Positions 36,530 through 50,045 of a stretch of 64,000 bases of DNA are shown piece by piece (within the stretch, counting starts at the first letter, position 1; the number at the start of each line of letters is the position of its first letter). The notes beneath the pieces are model-generated. The model was not told where the DNA came from. It saw nothing but the letters and a program-made list of their open reading frames with translations, and ran no database searches. The position numbers and the translations under genes are program-made. The stretch comes from Octopus sinensis (lineage: Eukaryota): the NCBI RefSeq assembly GCF_006345805.1, contig NC_043025.1, positions 4,898,001-4,962,000 on the forward strand, read 5' to 3'.

Positions 36530-37320
36530 TCGCCTGATCCCAGATCAACAACTTTATCTCTCATTAGCTGTCTTCTAATCTCAGATCAACTGGACAATAT
36601 AACATTAGCTATCACTTAACTGATCCCAGATCAACGACTTCATCTCTCATTAGCTGTCGGACAATATAACATTAGCTATCAACTGATCCCAGATCAACAA
36701 CCTCATCTATCATTAGCTGCCTTCTAATCTCAGATCAACTAATCCCAGATCAACAACTTCATCTATCATTAGCTGTCTTCTAATCTCAGATCATCTGGAC
36801 AATATAACATTAGCTATCAACTGATCCCAGATCAACAACCTCATCTATCATTAGCTGTCTTCTAATCTCAGATCAACTGGACAATATAACATTAGCTATC
36901 AACTGATCCCAGATCAACAACTTCATCTATCATTAGCTGTCTTCTAATCTCAGATCAACTGGACAATATAACATTAGCTATCAACTGATCCCAGATCAAC
37001 AACCTCATCTATCATTAGCTGTCTTCTAATCTCAGATCAACTGATCCCAGATCAACAACTTTGTCTATCATTAGCTGTCTTCTAATCTCAGATCAACTGG
37101 ATAATATAACATTAGCTATCAACTGATCCCAGATCAACAACTTCATCTATCATTAGCTGTCTTCTGATCTCAGATCAACTGATCCCAGATCAACAACTTT
37201 GTCTATCATTAGCTGTCTTCTAATCTCAGATCAACTGGACAATATAACATTAGCTATCAACTGATCCCAGATCAACAACTTCATCTATAATTAGCTGTCT
37301 TCCAATCCCAGATCAAGCAG
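36530..37320. repeat. Complex tandem repeat (82-bp unit plus shorter deletion variants)
   Basis: ggacaatataacattagctatcaactgatcccagatcaac recurs at 36797, 36879 and 36961. It is built from cagatcaac and cattagct submotifs. Confidence 0.9.
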
Positions 37321-38475
37321 TTCTGTGTTCTTGGCTTAACCTCCTCATCTAACATTAGCTACTTTCTGATCAAATGTCAACAAATAAGCTTAATGTCAGC
37401 TATTCCCTGATCCCAGATCAACCTGCCTATCTGATTTGAGCTATGTTTTTTTAAGAAGCTTGTTTCTGAACCAAGTGGTTTCAGGTACAGGCCCACTGTG
37501 CGGCTCCCTGGGCAAGGGTTTTCTCCTCTAGTCCTGGCCTATACCAAGATTTCCTGAGTGGATTTGGCAGGTGGAAACCAAAGGAAGTCCGTCTTATAAT
37601 AACAACAACAACAACAATATTGTGTTCTTTTGATGAAAACTTATTACACTCACACACACACACACTGGCAAATACGAACAGAAATATACATACATACACA
37701 TATGTATATATATATAGACATATATATTTATACATATATATATACACACACTGGCAAATATGAACAGAAATATACATACATACACATATGTATGTATATA
37801 TAGACATATATATTTATACATATATATATACACACACACACACATATAATTTATATATGTGTGTGTTTATACACTCACACGCACACAAAATGTATGTGCC
37901 TCTACCTACAAAATGCCAACTATTTATATTATTTTTTTTTCTTTTTCCTTGGAAAAAAATGCTTCAATAAACACAGGGGGACATTGTTTCCCTTCTTATA
38001 ATAAAAATAAACCTGTCTGTGTGTCTTGTTTTGTTATTTACATTGTTGTTGTTAACCCTGAGTCAATGGACATTTATGGAGCAAATTTAAAAACAAAGGC
38101 ATTCCATCCATGTAATATTTTAAATTCTGTTGTATCTTGGGTGGGTCGTTAGGCCAATAATAAACACACACTGATTCTATTACTTATTTGTCAGCTGGTT
38201 GACTATTTAAGCAATTAACAAATCAATTGTTTTATTAATCTTCCGATCAATCAATCAGATAGGTTTGTCAAGGACCTGTCCTTACTATTTGTAACTTCAT
38301 CAATGTCATACGCTCTCTATGTGAGGCCTGCTTCACTGCAAAATAAGAGTCATTAATACTGTCTTAGAATTTTAAGATTCATTGGGTTGGTTACGGTGTT
38401 TCCATGGCAAATGAGTGACCAAGTTCCCAACATCGCCACCCCCACCGGTCCATCACAGGGTTACTCCTTTACGCT

Positions 38476-38858
38476 GGAGGCGCAATGGCCCAGTGGTTAG
38501 GGCAGCGGACTCGCGGTCATAGGATCGCGGTTTCGATTCCCAGACCGGGCGTTGTGAGTGTTTATTGAGCGAAAACACCTCAAAGCTCCATGGGGCTCCG
38601 ACAGGGGATGGTGGTGATCCCTGCTGTACTCTTTCACCACAACTTTCTCTCACTCTTACTTCCTGTTTCTGTTGTACCTGTATTTCAAGGAGCCGGCCTT
38701 GTCACTCTCTGTGTCACGCTGAATATCCCCGAGAACTACGTTAAGGGTACACGTGTCTGTGGAGTGCTCAGCCACTTACACGTTAATTTCACGAGCAGGC
38801 TGTTCCGTTGATTCGGATCAACCGGAACCATCGTCGTCGTAACCGACGGAGTGCTTCC
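38476..38858 (+). mobile_element. tRNA-derived SINE family C
   Basis: The head ggaggcgcaatggcccagtggttagggcagcggactcgcggtc...gtttcgattccc has A/B boxes. A near-identical copy starts at 60481 and a decayed relative lies at ~15518. Confidence 0.85.
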
Positions 38859-39117
38859 ACACACTCCTTTACACTTGAATAGACTGGAGGGATGTGAAAT
38901 GAACACAATGCATCACCCAGTCTGGGGATCAAAACTACCATTTTGCAACTATCAACTATCACCATCATTTGAACCCCATGCTCCATGCTGGAATAGGTTG
39001 AATGGTTTCACACAAGATCCGAGTCCAAGGTTGGCGTCCTACTCCAGTGTCTGGTTTGGCATGGTTTCAATGGCTTGATGCCTTCTTTAACACCAACCGC
39101 TATATAGTTGGTACTAA

Positions 39118-39414
39118 TCTCTATATATAAAAGAGAAGTTGTGTGTCTGTCTCCTACGATTTAGATTCCTAACTACTCCCACATTTTGCGGTGCAGTTCA
39201 ACCAAAACCGGGTATCTTATAGTCGTGATTCATATCGAGCCCTTCTGGGTATTAGCGCGTGTCTACGATGAGTCTACGATTTAAAAAAAAATTTACCATC
39301 ATTTTTTTTCCATTTTTAATGCATCTTTTTGCTATTTTTTGGCTATAACTCTCTAAAAATGCTTATATAGTTATTTCCCTTACAAACCCGAGCAACGCCG
39401 GGCGATACTGCTAG
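39118..39414 (+). mobile_element. Non-autonomous Helitron
   Basis: 5' TC (tctctatatataaa), subterminal hairpin cccgagcaacgccggg and 3' CTAG. It is inserted between A and T with no TSD. Confidence 0.82.
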
Positions 39415-40202
39415 TTGCTTATACACATGCGCACAGTGGAACATCTGAGAACCAAAAAGCAGGAAAAACAACAATGTCAAATGGGTGTACATGTGAAATC
39501 GAAAGCGAAATCAAATTCAATGACTGGCATCCGTGCTAGTGGAACGCTAAGAGTACCATATGAGTGAGATCGTTGCCAGAGCAACAAGCTGGCCTCCGTG
39601 GCGGTGGCACATAAAAAACACCATTTGAGCGTGATCGTTACCTGCGGTGCCTTACTGGCACTCGTGCTGGTGGCACGTGAAGAAACATTCGAGCAAGGTC
39701 ATTGCCAGTGTCATTGGACTGGCCTTCGTGCCGGTGGCACATAAAAGCACCTACTACACTCTCGGAGTGGTTGGCGTTAGGAAGGGCATCCAGCTGTAGA
39801 AACTCTGCCAGATCAGACTGGTGCAGCCATCTGGTTTGCCAGACCTCAGTCGAATCTAATGATGATGATGATGATGATGATGAAAATAAGTGCAGGGGTT
39901 TGACTTCTTTGACTAAACACTTCAAAGCAGTGCTCCAGCAGGGACACAGTCCAATCACTAAAACAAGAACGAAGGCAAAGATATAGATTTACTGTGTTTG
40001 TGTCTGTTTGTCCCCATCTGCCACTGATTGACAACGGGTGTTGGTTTGTTTAACCCTTTACCTTTCACATTATTTTGTCAAAAGTTGTTGGCATCCTTTT
40101 GTCTCAGGAGACAATGGAGGTGCTCATAAACTAATCCAGTTTGGATTTTACGTTTCATGTCCTCTCCAGTTTTGCACAGGCCTGGGCTAAATATAAGAAG
40201 AT

Positions 40203-40510
40203 CATGGCCACAGTCCAATGACTGAAACGACAAAAAGATAAAAGATATACTGGGATTGATTTGTTCAACTAAAACCCTTCAAGGTGGTGCCCCAGCATGG
40301 CCATAGTCCAATGACTGAAACAAGAAAAAGATAAAAGATATACTGGGTTTGATTTGTTCAACTAAAAGGCTTCAAGGTGGTGCCCCAGCATGGCCACAGT
40401 CCAATGACTGAAACAAGAAAAAGATAAAAGATATACTGGGGCTGATTTGTTCAACTAAAAACCTTCAAGGTGGTGCCCCAGCATGGCCATAGTCCAATGA
40501 CTGAAACAAG
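40203..40510. repeat. 93-bp tandem repeat of a SINE 3' tail (~3.3 copies)
   Basis: catggcca.agtccaatgactgaaac occurs at 40203, 40296, 40389 and 40482. Confidence 0.85.
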
Positions 40511-41297
40511 TTAAAGTTATAACATAAGTTTGTGCCCATGGTTTCCCCTCCCCTGCTCCCACCCGTCCTCAACTGCTCATCAACTGGTGTTAGTTTGTTT
40601 AAGTAGTGAGGTCAATCTGTTCAGAGCTGTGCCCCAGAATGGCCACAGTACAATGATTGAAACAATTCAAAGTTATATATAACTTTGCGTGTGTTTTTGT
40701 GCCAATGTTTTCTACAACCCCGGCCCACTACTGCTTGATAACTGGTGCTGATTCATTTAAGTAAGGGAACTAATTTGTTTGACTTCAACCTATCAAGGCT
40801 GTGCTCCAGCATGGCACATGACTGAAATAAGTAACACGACAAAATGTCCGAGAAAAGTAAAATCTTTAAAACAGCCACAAAATCTACCCCATGGGTCTTA
40901 GAATCCTTTCACATTTAATATAGTTGGGTCTCAGGCTGTCAAACATTCAGCTGTGTATATACACTTTACTGATTCCGCTGTGTGTGTGTAAACGTATGTC
41001 ACGACTGCTTTGGAGCTTTGGTTCCGGTAAAAACTGGAGATAATATGGGAGATGTGATTAGTGCCAGACAAATTCTAAGAATAACCTACAATTGCAGTTG
41101 TGCAATTTGCTAATCATGCAATTTGCGAATCATTAACTTAGATTAGTTGTGTCTCTGTTTACAGAAACGAACTTGGGGGTATACATACATGCATACATAC
41201 TTACATACATACATATAAATATATATATTGATAAAAACGGTAAGATAACAAAAGAAAGAAAGAGACCTCAATATTATGTAAATATTATGTATGTATG

Positions 41298-41330
<33 letters not shown>

Positions 41331-41405
41331 TGAGAAAGAGAGATGTATAAATGTGTTTGTATATACATACACTTGTATATGTACATATATATATATTTCT
41401 TTCTT

Positions 41406-41437
<32 letters not shown>

Positions 41438-41796
41438 GCCATGGAAAGGTCAATGCTTGGTATCTCGTTGAGAGAGCACATAAGTAGCAAGATCATCAGA
41501 AAGAAGTCCGGTGTGAGAGATGTCATCGCAGAATATACATGCAGCAAGTATAGATGGGCTGGACACGTCGCCCGGCTCACCGATAATCGGTGGACGCACG
41601 CAGTTGTCGAGTGGTACCCACGTGAGCGGAAAAGACCACCCGGAAGACCTCCACAACGGTGGAGTTACGATTTCAGGAGGACGATTGGGATCACGTGGAT
41701 GAGAAAGGCGCGATCCAGAGAGGAGTGGACAGCGTGCTGTGACCAGCAATGTCAAATGGACGCCTGATGGACTGATTGGTCAAAGTGATCAAGTGA
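41438..41796 (+). mobile_element. 5'-truncated RTE-clade LINE 3' fragment
   Basis: The translation MERSMLGISL...KYRWAGHVAR...WYPRERKRPPGRPPQRW...WMRKARSREEW matches the typical RTE ORF C-terminus. It has a short repeated tail (aagtgatcaagtga) and (TA)n on both sides. Confidence 0.8.
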
Positions 41797-41941
41797 TATA
41801 TATATATATATATATCTGGAGTGGAGCCCCGTAGGTGGTTTAGTGTTTGACTCGACACTCTCCCATTAAAAATACTATAAAACATTTACCTATAACTAAA
41901 TAAAGTACAAAATAATAAATAAATGGTATATAATTAGTAAA

Positions 41942-42027
41942 TAGACTACACGTGTTTCATGGCTATATTTTCAAAATTGATACTAGTAAAATCAGTTCAA
42001 TTTAAATATAGTCACTGTTCAGGTCCA
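41942..42027 (-). ncRNA. Degenerate hammerhead ribozyme motif (core G8 mutated)
   Basis: Minus strand reads GAC-CTGAACA-GTGACTATATTT...AAATATAGCCAT-GAAA-CACGTG-TA-GTC. All three stems are present and stem III is palindromic (ACACGTGT), but the CUGANGA box reads CUGAACA. Confidence 0.5.
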
Positions 42028-42244
42028 AGATAAAAACAACAAAATAATTAAATAAATATACGTATATTATCTTATAAGAAAATATAAATAAATTCACAAG
42101 ATAATAATAAAAATAATAAATAAATAATATCAAATATTTATCAAAAAACAATATAGAAATTAATATTTTTACAATAATAATCAAAGGAAATTCAATTCAA
42201 AATCCAATAAAAATAAAAATACATAATAATAAAAATAGTAGCAT

Positions 42245-43562
42245 GATATATGTATACACACGTGTAGGTTTTCTGTAGTATCATATATATACATGTATCA
42301 GTTTACTATAGTGTGATATATATACATATGTGTCAGTTTTCTTTCGCCTAATATATATATACATATTTGTCAGTTTTTTGTGGAAAAATATACACACATG
42401 TTATGGTTTTCGGCATCATAATATATACACATATATGTCAGTTTTCTGTAGCATAATATATACACCTGTGTCAGTTTTCTGTAGAATAATATATACACAT
42501 ACGTGTCAGTTTTCTGTAGAATGATATATACACATGTGTCAGTTTTCTGTAGCATAATATATACACCTGTGTCAGTTTTCTGTAGAATAATATATACACC
42601 TGTGTCAGTTTTCTGTAGAATGATATATACATATATGTGTCAGTTTTCTGTAGCATAATATATACACATGTGTCAGTTTTCTGTAGCATAATATATACAC
42701 ATACATGTCAGTTTTCTGTAGAATAATATATACGCCTGTGTCAGTTTTCTGTAGAATGATATATACATATATGTGTCAGTTTTCTGTAGCATAATATATG
42801 CACATGTGTCAGTTTTCTGTAGAATGATATATACACCTGTGTCAGTTTTCTGTAGCATAATATATACACCTGTGTCAGTTTTCTGTAGAATGATATATAC
42901 ACCTGTGTCAGTTTTCTGTAGCATAATATATATACCTGTGTCAGTTTTCTATAGAATAATATATACACATACATGTCAGTTTTCTGTAGAATAATATATA
43001 CACCTGTGTCAGTTTTCTGTAGAATGATGTATACACATATGTGTCAGTTTTCTGTAGAATGATATATACACCTGTGTCAGTTTTCTGTAGCATAATATAT
43101 ACACTTATGTTTCAGTTTTCTGTAGAATGATATATACACATGTCAGTTTTCTGTAGAATGATATATACACCTGTGTCAGTTTTCTGTAGCATAATATATA
43201 CACCTGTGTCAGTTTTCTCTAGCATAATATATATACACCTGTGTCAGTTTTCTATAGAATAATATATACACATACATGTCAGTTTTCTGTAGAATAATAT
43301 ATACACCTGTGTCAGTTTTCTATAGAATAATATATACACATACATGTCAGTTTTCTGTAGAATAATATATACACCTGTGTCAGTTTTCTGTAGAATGATA
43401 TATACACATGTCTCAGTTTTCTGTAGCATAATATATACACATGTGTCAGTTTTCTGTAGAATGATATATACGCATGTGTTAGTTTTCTGTAACATAATAT
43501 ATACACCTGTGTCAGTTTTCTGTAGCATTATATATACACATGTGTCAGTTTTCTGACACATG
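42245..43562. repeat. ~33-36-bp minisatellite (tgtgtcagttttctgtag(c/a)at(a/g)atatatacac)
   Basis: More than 30 units. The array ends in the perfect hairpin catgtgtcag-tttt-ctgacacatg. Confidence 0.92.
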
Positions 43563-43916
43563 TCTCAAATTTAGGTTAAATCAGTGTTTTTCGAAGGGGA
43601 GGCCTATGGGATGGTCGGACAAGTTGTTTTGAGAAAATTTTATTTAAATGTTTGACAACTCAGCACCGTCCATTGGACAGGGGTGGGGGCGGTTTGCTTG
43701 CATATACATAAGACAGTAGAGTGTGATTTGAGGAAAATTGAGCTACTATTTCTAATAAATCTTGCTACCATGCAGAGGAGAGTTTCATAGATAAATCAGG
43801 CAGTAGATTGTGAACTGAGGGAGATTTGGGTCCTGTTTCTAACACACCTATCAACCCGAGGCTGACCAAAACCTTGTGAGTGGATTTGGGTAAATGGAAA
43901 CTCAAAGAAACCCGTC

Positions 43917-44438
43917 GTGTGTGTGTGTGTGTGTGAGTGTGAGTGTGTGTGTGTGTGTGTGTGAGTGTGAGTGTGTGTGAGTGTGAGTGTGTGTGTATGT
44001 GTGTGTAACAGAGAAAGAGAAAGAAAATTTGCTGCAACAAATTCCATCTGATTCTTGCAAGCATATCAAAAGCTGATGTTAAAAGAATGGTGACACACAC
44101 ACACACTCATGCATGCATACATGCACACACACACGCGCTCACATGCACATGCACAGAGAGAGAGACACACACACACATACGCTCACACACACACATGCAC
44201 ACACACACGTATACACACATGCTCTCACACACACACACATGTATATACATGCACATACACACACACACATGTATGCACACACCCATGCATACACACATGC
44301 AAACAAACACATGCACACACACGCTCTCATATGCACACGCACAGAGAGAGAGACGCACACACATGTATACACACATGCTCACACACACACTCGTATATAC
44401 ATGGACATACACACACACACATGTATGAACACACTCAT

Positions 44439-44472
<34 letters not shown>

Positions 44473-45138
44473 GCACAGAGAGAGAGGCACACACACATGT
44501 ATACACACATGCTCACACACGTATACACATGCCCATACACACACACATGTATGCACGCATTCATGCATACACACATGCAAACAAACACATGCACACACAG
44601 AGATACACATACACACGTATACACACACGCTCACACACACACACACACACACGTTCACACACACATGCATGTGTGAATGTGTGTTTATGTACAAATAAAC
44701 ATGGAAACAGATAACCTATTATAGCCCCTATTAACGAAAAACACACCGACACCCACACAGGTATTTAAGCACACAGGCACCTGTATAAATTCTAGTCTAT
44801 ACGTTGATTAGACACACACATAAGTATACACATATAAGCAAAGGCACACACATGTGAGCATGCACACACACACATACACAACACTTGCACACAGACACAC
44901 ACACCACACACACACATCTATAAGTACATAATTCGAGTCTATAGTAACTTCACAAACATGCACACACACACATACACAACACTTGCACACACACACATAC
45001 ACACCACTTACACACACACACAGCACTTACACACACAAACACACACACACACACACATATATATATAAGTACATAATTCGAGTCTATATTAACTTGACAC
45101 ACACATACATACCACTTACACACACACACACACACACA
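43917..45138. repeat. (CA)n/(TG)n-rich low-complexity region with internal duplications
   Basis: Degenerate CA/TA dinucleotide tracts. Similar tracts occur at 14250-15210, 15770-16460, 30720-31320, 32690-33020 and 33905-34420. Confidence 0.9.
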
Positions 45139-45469
45139 GAGGAGCCTAATTTCTATTAATTGTCTGCACTTAACGTATATTTAATAAGTTATGCCGAGAT
45201 AAATAAAGCCTGGCCCTACGTGGTCGTTAACAAATAATTCACCGCGGTCTCTCTGCTTTGGTAGTTCACTTCATTGAGAGAGAGTGGACTAAACAGCAAG
45301 ATACCAAAGTGATTATGGTTATTAACGACAACGGAATTAGCTTCGGTCGTTCCGAAGTGGAGCCAACTTTACGCATAAAGCCAAGCTCGGTCTCTGCCCG
45401 TGTAGGTAGCACGAGACGGACATTAACGTTTGCAGTTACAGACAAGACTTACATTCTCTGTCTGTCTGC

Positions 45470-45682
<213 letters not shown>

Positions 45683-48572
45683 CTATAATAATAATAATAT
45701 AATAATAATAATAATATTGTGTACAGTGCTCAGGTGCACTACAACTCATCTAAAGTGTATATATAATCAGGTGTAGTTTCGACGGATTTCGGAAAGCATG
45801 AGGGCCTTAAGGATGCAGTGTCATGGCAGTCAACAACTGATGCAGGCAGTTTATTCCACGCTTCAGCAACCCTGAGCGTGAAAAAATGTTTCCGAAAGTC
45901 ATGGGAGCTGTATTGTTTTCTGACTTTGTAGGCATGTCCACGTGTGTTAGACACATGGAGATCAAAAAGGTGTTCAGTGTTGTTGTTGGTGAGGTGGTTG
46001 ATAACTTTGTGGGTGTTTACCAAGTCCGTCGCCAAACGCCGGAGCTTCAGTGAATCCATGCCCAGGGAAACAAGGCGCTCAGAATATGGTAGGTGTCTGA
46101 TGGAGGGTATGCGTTTGGTTGCACGTCTCTGGACAGCTTCCAGGAGGTCAATGTTCTGTGCGAGATAGGGGTTCCAAACTGATGATGCGAATTCCAAGTG
46201 TGGTCGTACCATAGCTGTATACAGTTTTAAATAGATGGCTGGAGAGCGGCTAACAAAAGACCTGCTGAGTGATGCCAAGACACCCTCGGCCTTCCTGACA
46301 ATCTTAGAGATATGCTTTGACCAACGCAAATCACTGCTGACAGTGATGCCTAGGTCACGCTCGCAAGAGGATTTCTTGATATCAGTGTTGTGGAGGGAGT
46401 ATGTGAACGCAGGGTTTTTTCTCCCAAAATGCATGGTGGTACACTTGTCCACAGCCAGTTTCAGTTGCCAGTCTGTGATCCATTGCTGCATTGTGTCTAG
46501 GTCTGATTGCAGGAAAGAGTTGTAGACATCAGGATCTGTCCTCTTGATTTCAAGGTACAGCTTGATGTCGTCTGCATATTTCAATACTGTGGCATTCCTT
46601 AAATTGGCATCTATGTCGTTAATGTATGCCACAAACAAGAGGGGACCAAGGACAGATCCCTGTGGTACACCCGATGACATCTCATATGGTGTAGAGTGCT
46701 GTCCTAAACTGTAACTACCTCCTTTCGGCTGAGGATGAAGGATTTCAACCAGTTAAAAAGGTCATCCCCCACACCCATTGCAGAGAGTTTCACCATAAGC
46801 CTTTTGTGTGGCACAGAGTTGAAAGCCTTAGCAAAGTCAAGGTAGACAACATCCACCCATGAGCCACTGTCAGTAATCTGAGTAATGTCCTCAAGGAACT
46901 CGACAAGCTGGTCACTGCAGCTGGAGTTAGGGACAAATCCATATTGTGAGGGTCGGATGAGACTGTGAGAGCTCCAGAAGTTCCAGAGTGTTTCTCTGAC
47001 ACACGATTCCATCAGTTTTGCAATACAGCTAGTGAGACTGACTGGGCGATAGTTGACAGGTGATGTGCGGTCGCCCTTTTTGAACAGAGGAATGACACTG
47101 GCAGTTTTCCACTGCTCCGGAGTAGCACCATTGTTGAGACAGTACTGGAAGAAAATAGAAAGCTGGTGTAAAAGGAAGTGCCTGCCACGTTTGAGAAGCA
47201 GGTATGTAACTCCATCGAGACCAGGGGAGGCAAAGTTGCGCTTACTTTGAAGGTGACGTCGCAGCATTGCAGGTGTAAATTCCATAGTTGTTATGGAGTT
47301 TGCTGTTAGTGATGGTGAAGATGGTACATTTTGACTTTCAACAGTGAATATGTTTGCATAGCACTCGGCAATGAGTTCTGCGCATTCCTTGGGGTCGTCA
47401 GTGATCTGGTTTGTGTGAGGGTTGCGAAGAGGGCCCACTGGAGAGTGAGGTCTCTGCTTCGAATGCACATATTTCCAGAAAACCTTGCTGTCAGGATTGG
47501 CTGCTATGCACTGTTCAAATTCAAGCACTGCTTTTTTTGTCACTTGCTTGAGATGGTTGGAGGATTTATTCCGCTTCTTCCTGTTGGTGTCTGATTTATG
47601 CAACTTGTATTCCCGTTCAGCAGTCCGACGTTCCTTCCTGGCAAGTCGGACCGCTGAAGTTTCCCAAATTGCCCTTTTGGCGGTTCTTCTTTTTGTTTAC
47701 GTGGCACTGATGCTGCACATGCTGCCCATATTGAGTCCAGGATACTCTGGAGTATAGTATTCACATCTCCAGAGTTGTAGAACTCACGCCAGTTTGGGTG
47801 CTGTAGTTCAGTGTGGTACAGGTTCCAATCTGCTCTCTTCCAATCGAAGGAAGCAGATTGGAGATGGTTCAGGTGTTTGTTGCCCGCAAGAGCCAGATTG
47901 GCGATGATCATAGCATGATCAGAGTCACCTAGAGGTTCCTCCGTTGTGCAATTGATAACTGCTTCAGGAGTTGTGGTGAAGAGCAGGTCCAAGGTGTTGT
48001 CGCCTCTTGTTGGAGAGGTGACTACTTGTGACCAGTTTGAGTCCAGCACAAGCTCAACAAAATCGTTTGCACTCTGTGCCAATGGAAGGTCTCCCAATCG
48101 ATCTCAGGATGATTGAAATCGCCTGCAATAAACACATAAGTGGCTGTTTTCCTGGCAGCAGCTCGGAGGACATTGCAAAGCTGTGTGTCCCGATGGTAAC
48201 TTGGGGGACGATAAACAACGCCAAGCAGGAGTGTTGACATGGTCATACGCACGTCACAGAAAAAAACTTCTTCTTGTGATTCGTTCAAATCGGCACAAGG
48301 AATTACCAAAAAATTTGAACGAACGTAGACCCACACCACCACCACGGCGGTTAGTGCGGTCCTTACGGAAAGGTTGTACCCCGTAATGTTGAAAACCCCA
48401 TCACAGAGTAAGGAATGCGCCCATGTTTCCGTGACAGTGATGAAGTCAGGGTCAACACTTCTGACGTAGGCGTTGAACAAATGTATTTTGTTGCATAAAC
48501 TGCGAGCATTTAAGGACAACAATTTGTACCCTGCTCGCAGTTTATGATGGTGTGTAGAGGATGGCAGGTTGT
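45683..48572 (-). mobile_element. CR1/L2-like non-LTR retrotransposon (APE endonuclease + reverse transcriptase ORF2), frameshifted
   Basis: Consecutive minus-strand ORF pieces encode the endonuclease motifs LNARSL, TETW, YRPP, GDFN, TLDLLF and SDH. RT motifs are PLFKKG, NYRPVSL, YLDFAKAF, GVPQGSVLGPLLF and YADD, followed by the C-terminal RDLG, RPHLE and FFTLRV..WN.LP. An (ATT)n-type 3' tail lies at ~45683-45716. Confidence 0.92.
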
Positions 48573-48654
<82 letters not shown>

Positions 48655-48700
48655 CATCTATCTATCTATCTAGCCATCTGTCTATCTATCTAGCCATCTG

Positions 48701-48752
<52 letters not shown>

Positions 48753-48760
48753 CCTACCTA

Positions 48761-48805
<45 letters not shown>

Positions 48806-48806
48806 G

Positions 48807-48889
<83 letters not shown>

Positions 48890-48942
48890 GTCTATCTATC
48901 TGTCTATTAATCTATCTATCTGTCTATTAATCTATCTATCTG

Positions 48943-49020
<78 letters not shown>
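48573..49020. repeat. (TATC)n microsatellite, right part
   Basis: Nearly pure tatc repeats in the same orientation, abutting the LINE 5' end. Confidence 0.95.
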
Positions 49021-49021
<1 letters not shown>

Positions 49022-49403
49022 GTTTGTGTGTGATTGAAGGCTTATTTAACTATTACTTTTAGCACATCTCATACCGCATGTGCTTTAAGCATTTAATAAG
49101 CTATAAAAAGAACACATGGTGAAAAGCTTGTTTTTTTGGGTTTTTTTACCTTGGAAAGAGGCACCTAAATGTTTGTGGCTTTCAATTGGCTAAAATTACT
49201 CAAAATTTGCAAACTTTAAAAGCTATTACGTCTTTGTTTAGTGTTTTAGGTGAAAATGAATTTCATATTAATAGTTACTTTGCAAAACTACACCAATACA
49301 CCAAATATGAAATCAATTGGAACAGAAATCCAAGAAACTGAAAATTGACAGCCTAACAGAAAAGATCCCTTTCATATAAATGCATACATTTTAATGGATT
49401 TAA

Positions 49404-50045
49404 TCATCATCATCATCATCATCATCATTTAACGTCCGCTTTCCATGCTAGCATGGGTTGGACGGTTCAACTGGGGTCTGGGGAGCCCGAAGGCTGCACC
49501 AGGCCAGTCAGATCTGGCAGTGTTTCTACAGCTGGATGCCCTTCCTAACGCCAACCACTCTGAGAGTGTAGTGGGAGATTTTATGTGCCACCGACACAGG
49601 TGCCAGACGAGGCTGGCGAACGGCCACGCTCGGATGGTGTTTTTATGTGCCACGCTCGGATGGTGTTTTTATGTGCCACCGACACAGGTGCCAGACGAGG
49701 CTGGCAAACGGCCACGCTCGGATGGTGTTTTTATGTGCCACCGATACAGGTGCCAGACGAGGCTGGCGAACGGCCACGCTCGGATGGTGTTTTTATGTGC
49801 CACCGACACAGGTGCCAGACAAGGCTAGCAGACGACCACGCTCGGATGGTGTTTTTTATGTGCCACCGACACAGGTGCCAGATGAGGCTAGCGATCGGCC
49901 ATGATCGGATGGTGATTGTTACGTGCCCACAGCATGGAGGCCAGTCGGTGCGGTACTGGCTACAGCCACGTTTGGATGGTTTGCTTGTGTGCCACCGGCA
50001 CTGGTACCACAAAGATACAAATTCCATTGATGTTCATCTATTTTG
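49404..50045 (-). mobile_element. (GAT)n-tailed SINE-like family D with an internal ~61-bp tandem expansion
   Basis: It shares ggttggcgttaggaagggcatccagctgtagaaac...ggacgttaaa.gatgatgat with copies at 337-680, 18720-19120, 35800-36040, 39520-39880, 50662-50887 and 62320-62783. The unit atgtgccaccgacacaggtgccagacgaggctggc..cggccacgctcggatggtg repeats about 5 times at 49580-49915. Confidence 0.8.

Noticed and set aside
38476-38552. tRNA-like sequences at SINE heads (also 60481, 12076 and others)
   Set aside because: They have no complete cloverleaf and continue into SINE bodies, so they are SINE promoters rather than tRNA genes.
45140-45460. CpG-containing unique segment and the 172-aa ORF 45258-45776
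   Set aside because: The ORF runs into (TATC)n and has no recognisable domain. The segment could be regulatory or a TE end, but nothing in the sequence supports a call.
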